A stretch of DNA of 64,000 nt, from positions 2,164,126 to 2,228,125 of the forward strand of contig OZ244865.1 in the NCBI GenBank assembly GCA_965221075.1. The letters are read 5' to 3'. Numbering within the stretch: the stretch's first letter is position 1; each line of letters opens with the position of its first letter. This document shows, piece by piece, positions 63,065 to 64,000 of this stretch. The notes beneath the pieces are model-generated. The model was given only the letters and a program-made list of their open reading frames with translations. It made no database searches and had not been told where the DNA came from. The stretch comes from Limisphaerales bacterium. GTDB taxonomy: Bacteria > Verrucomicrobiota > Verrucomicrobiia > Limisphaerales > AAA164-E04. The position numbers and the translations under genes were made by a program.

Positions 63065-64000
63065 CTAGTCCTCCCTCGGCACCACCAGGTTCTCCATGAT
63101 GTACTCCTTGCGCGCCGGGGTGTTCTTCCCCATGTAGAAGGAGAAGATCTCGCCCGCCTCCCGGCGGGCCGCGTACTCGACCTGGCTGAGGCGCATGCCC
63201 TCGGAGATGAAGTTCTTGAACTCCCTGGGGGAGATCTCCCCCAGCCCCTTGAAGCGGGTGACCTCCCTGCCCCTGCCGATCTCCCCCTCGGCCCTGGCGC
63301 GCTCCCTCTCGCTGTAGCAGTAGAGGGTCCTCTTCTTGCTGCGCACCCGGAAGAGGGGCGTCTCCAGGACATGCAGGTGGCCCTCGCAGACCAGCTGGTC
63401 GAAGAAGCGGAAGAAGTAGGTGATCATCAGGTTGCGGATGTGCAGCCCGTCCACGTCGGCGTCGGTGGCCAGGATCACCTTGTTGTACCGGAGCCGCTCC
63501 ACGCTCTCCTCGATGCCCAGGGCGCACATCAGGTTGTACATCTCGTCGTTCTTGTACATGACGTCCCGCTTGAGGTCCCACACGTTGAGCGGCTTGCCCT
63601 TGAGGGTGAAGATGGCCTGGGTGGCGACATCGCGGCAGCTGACGATCGAGCCGGAGGCCGAGACCCCCTCGGTGATGAAGATCATCGATTCCCGGCCCCG
63701 GTCCCGCCTGCGGTCGAAGTGGACCTTGCAGTCCTTGAGCTGGGGGATGCGGATGCGGACCGCCTTGGCCCTCTCCCGGGCGATCTTCTTGACCGCCTGG
63801 AGCTCCTTGCGCAGCTGGCGGGTGGCCTCCACCTTGGCCAGGATGCTGTCGGCGGCCTCCTTGCCGCCGTGCAGCAGCTTGAGGGCGGCTTCGCGCACCT
63901 GTCCGACCAGCTCGGAGCGGATCTCGGTGTTGCCCAGCTTGTTCTTGGTCTGCGACTCGAACACCGGATCCTGCAGCCGCACGGCCACCGCGCCCACCAT
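63065..64000 (-). CDS. parE: type IIA topoisomerase subunit B (ParE/GyrB-like), N-terminus outside the window
   Basis: FESQTKNKLGN. TOPRIM blocks IFITEGVSASGS and ILATDADVDGLHIRNL. FKGLGEISP. Runs off the window end. Gene name is tentative. Confidence 0.88.
   Translation of the reverse strand: MVGAVAVRLQDPVFESQTKNKLGNTEIRSELVGQVREAALKLLHGGKEAADSILAKVEATRQLRKELQAVKKIARERAKAVRIRIPQLKDCKVHFDRRRDRGRESMIFITEGVSASGSIVSCRDVATQAIFTLKGKPLNVWDLKRDVMYKNDEMYNLMCALGIEESVERLRYNKVILATDADVDGLHIRNLMITYFFRFFDQLVCEGHLHVLETPLFRVRSKKRTLYCYSERERARAEGEIGRGREVTRFKGLGEISPREFKNFISEGMRLSQVEYAARREAGEIFSFYMGKNTPARKEYIMENLVVPRED

Overview
High-GC bacterial chromosome segment. By eye it is about two-thirds G+C, and real genes show roughly 90% G/C at third codon positions. 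Several gene families point to the PVC superphylum (Verrucomicrobia, Planctomycetes, Kiritimatiellae, Lentisphaerae): an H-X9-DG pseudopilin, a Pirellula/Verrucomicrobium-type CxxCH dehydrogenase, DUF1080 and a sulfatase. So does the Chlamydia-like order tRNA-Thr/tuf/tRNA-Trp/secE. This taxonomic call is an inference.

Layout:
- nt 1-31,598, all minus strand: one uninterrupted translation/transcription supercluster. Order is tRNA-Thr, tuf, tRNA-Trp, tRNA-Ser, secE, nusG, rplK-A-J-L, rpoB, rpoC, rpsL, rpsG, fusA, rpsJ, then the S10/spc/alpha-type genes down to rpsM, rpsK and a partial rpsD. rpmD, adk and infA are absent from their usual slots.
- nt 31.8-43.3 kb, housekeeping genes: an EamA transporter, a 1,576-aa PFOR-like 2-oxoacid:ferredoxin oxidoreductase, pyrH, frr, an ftsB-like gene, murJ, folA, thyA and a PaaI thioesterase.
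- nt 43.3-59.9 kb, accessory-looking and dominated by exported proteins: a sulfatase, a translationally coupled CxxCH dehydrogenase plus SDR, a tandem Deg2/9-like protease pair (the second copy degenerate), an H-X9-DG pseudopilin, a small lipoprotein, a 1.15-kb unassigned gap, a double-LamG/TSP3-repeat protein, an unknown secreted protein and DUF1080.
- Window end: a BASS transporter and a topoisomerase-IV-like parE/parC pair.

No rRNA, CRISPR array, transposase or integrase was seen.

Most unusual observations:
1. rpoB is 1,801 codons because of a ~530-aa internally repeated insertion near the N-terminus.
2. rpoC has a ~140-aa non-repetitive extra C-terminal domain.
3. S5 and S11 carry long acidic, Pro-rich tails.
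4. The PFOR homologue is oversized.

Many very long ORFs in the supplied track are antisense or run-on artefacts of high GC and were rejected.
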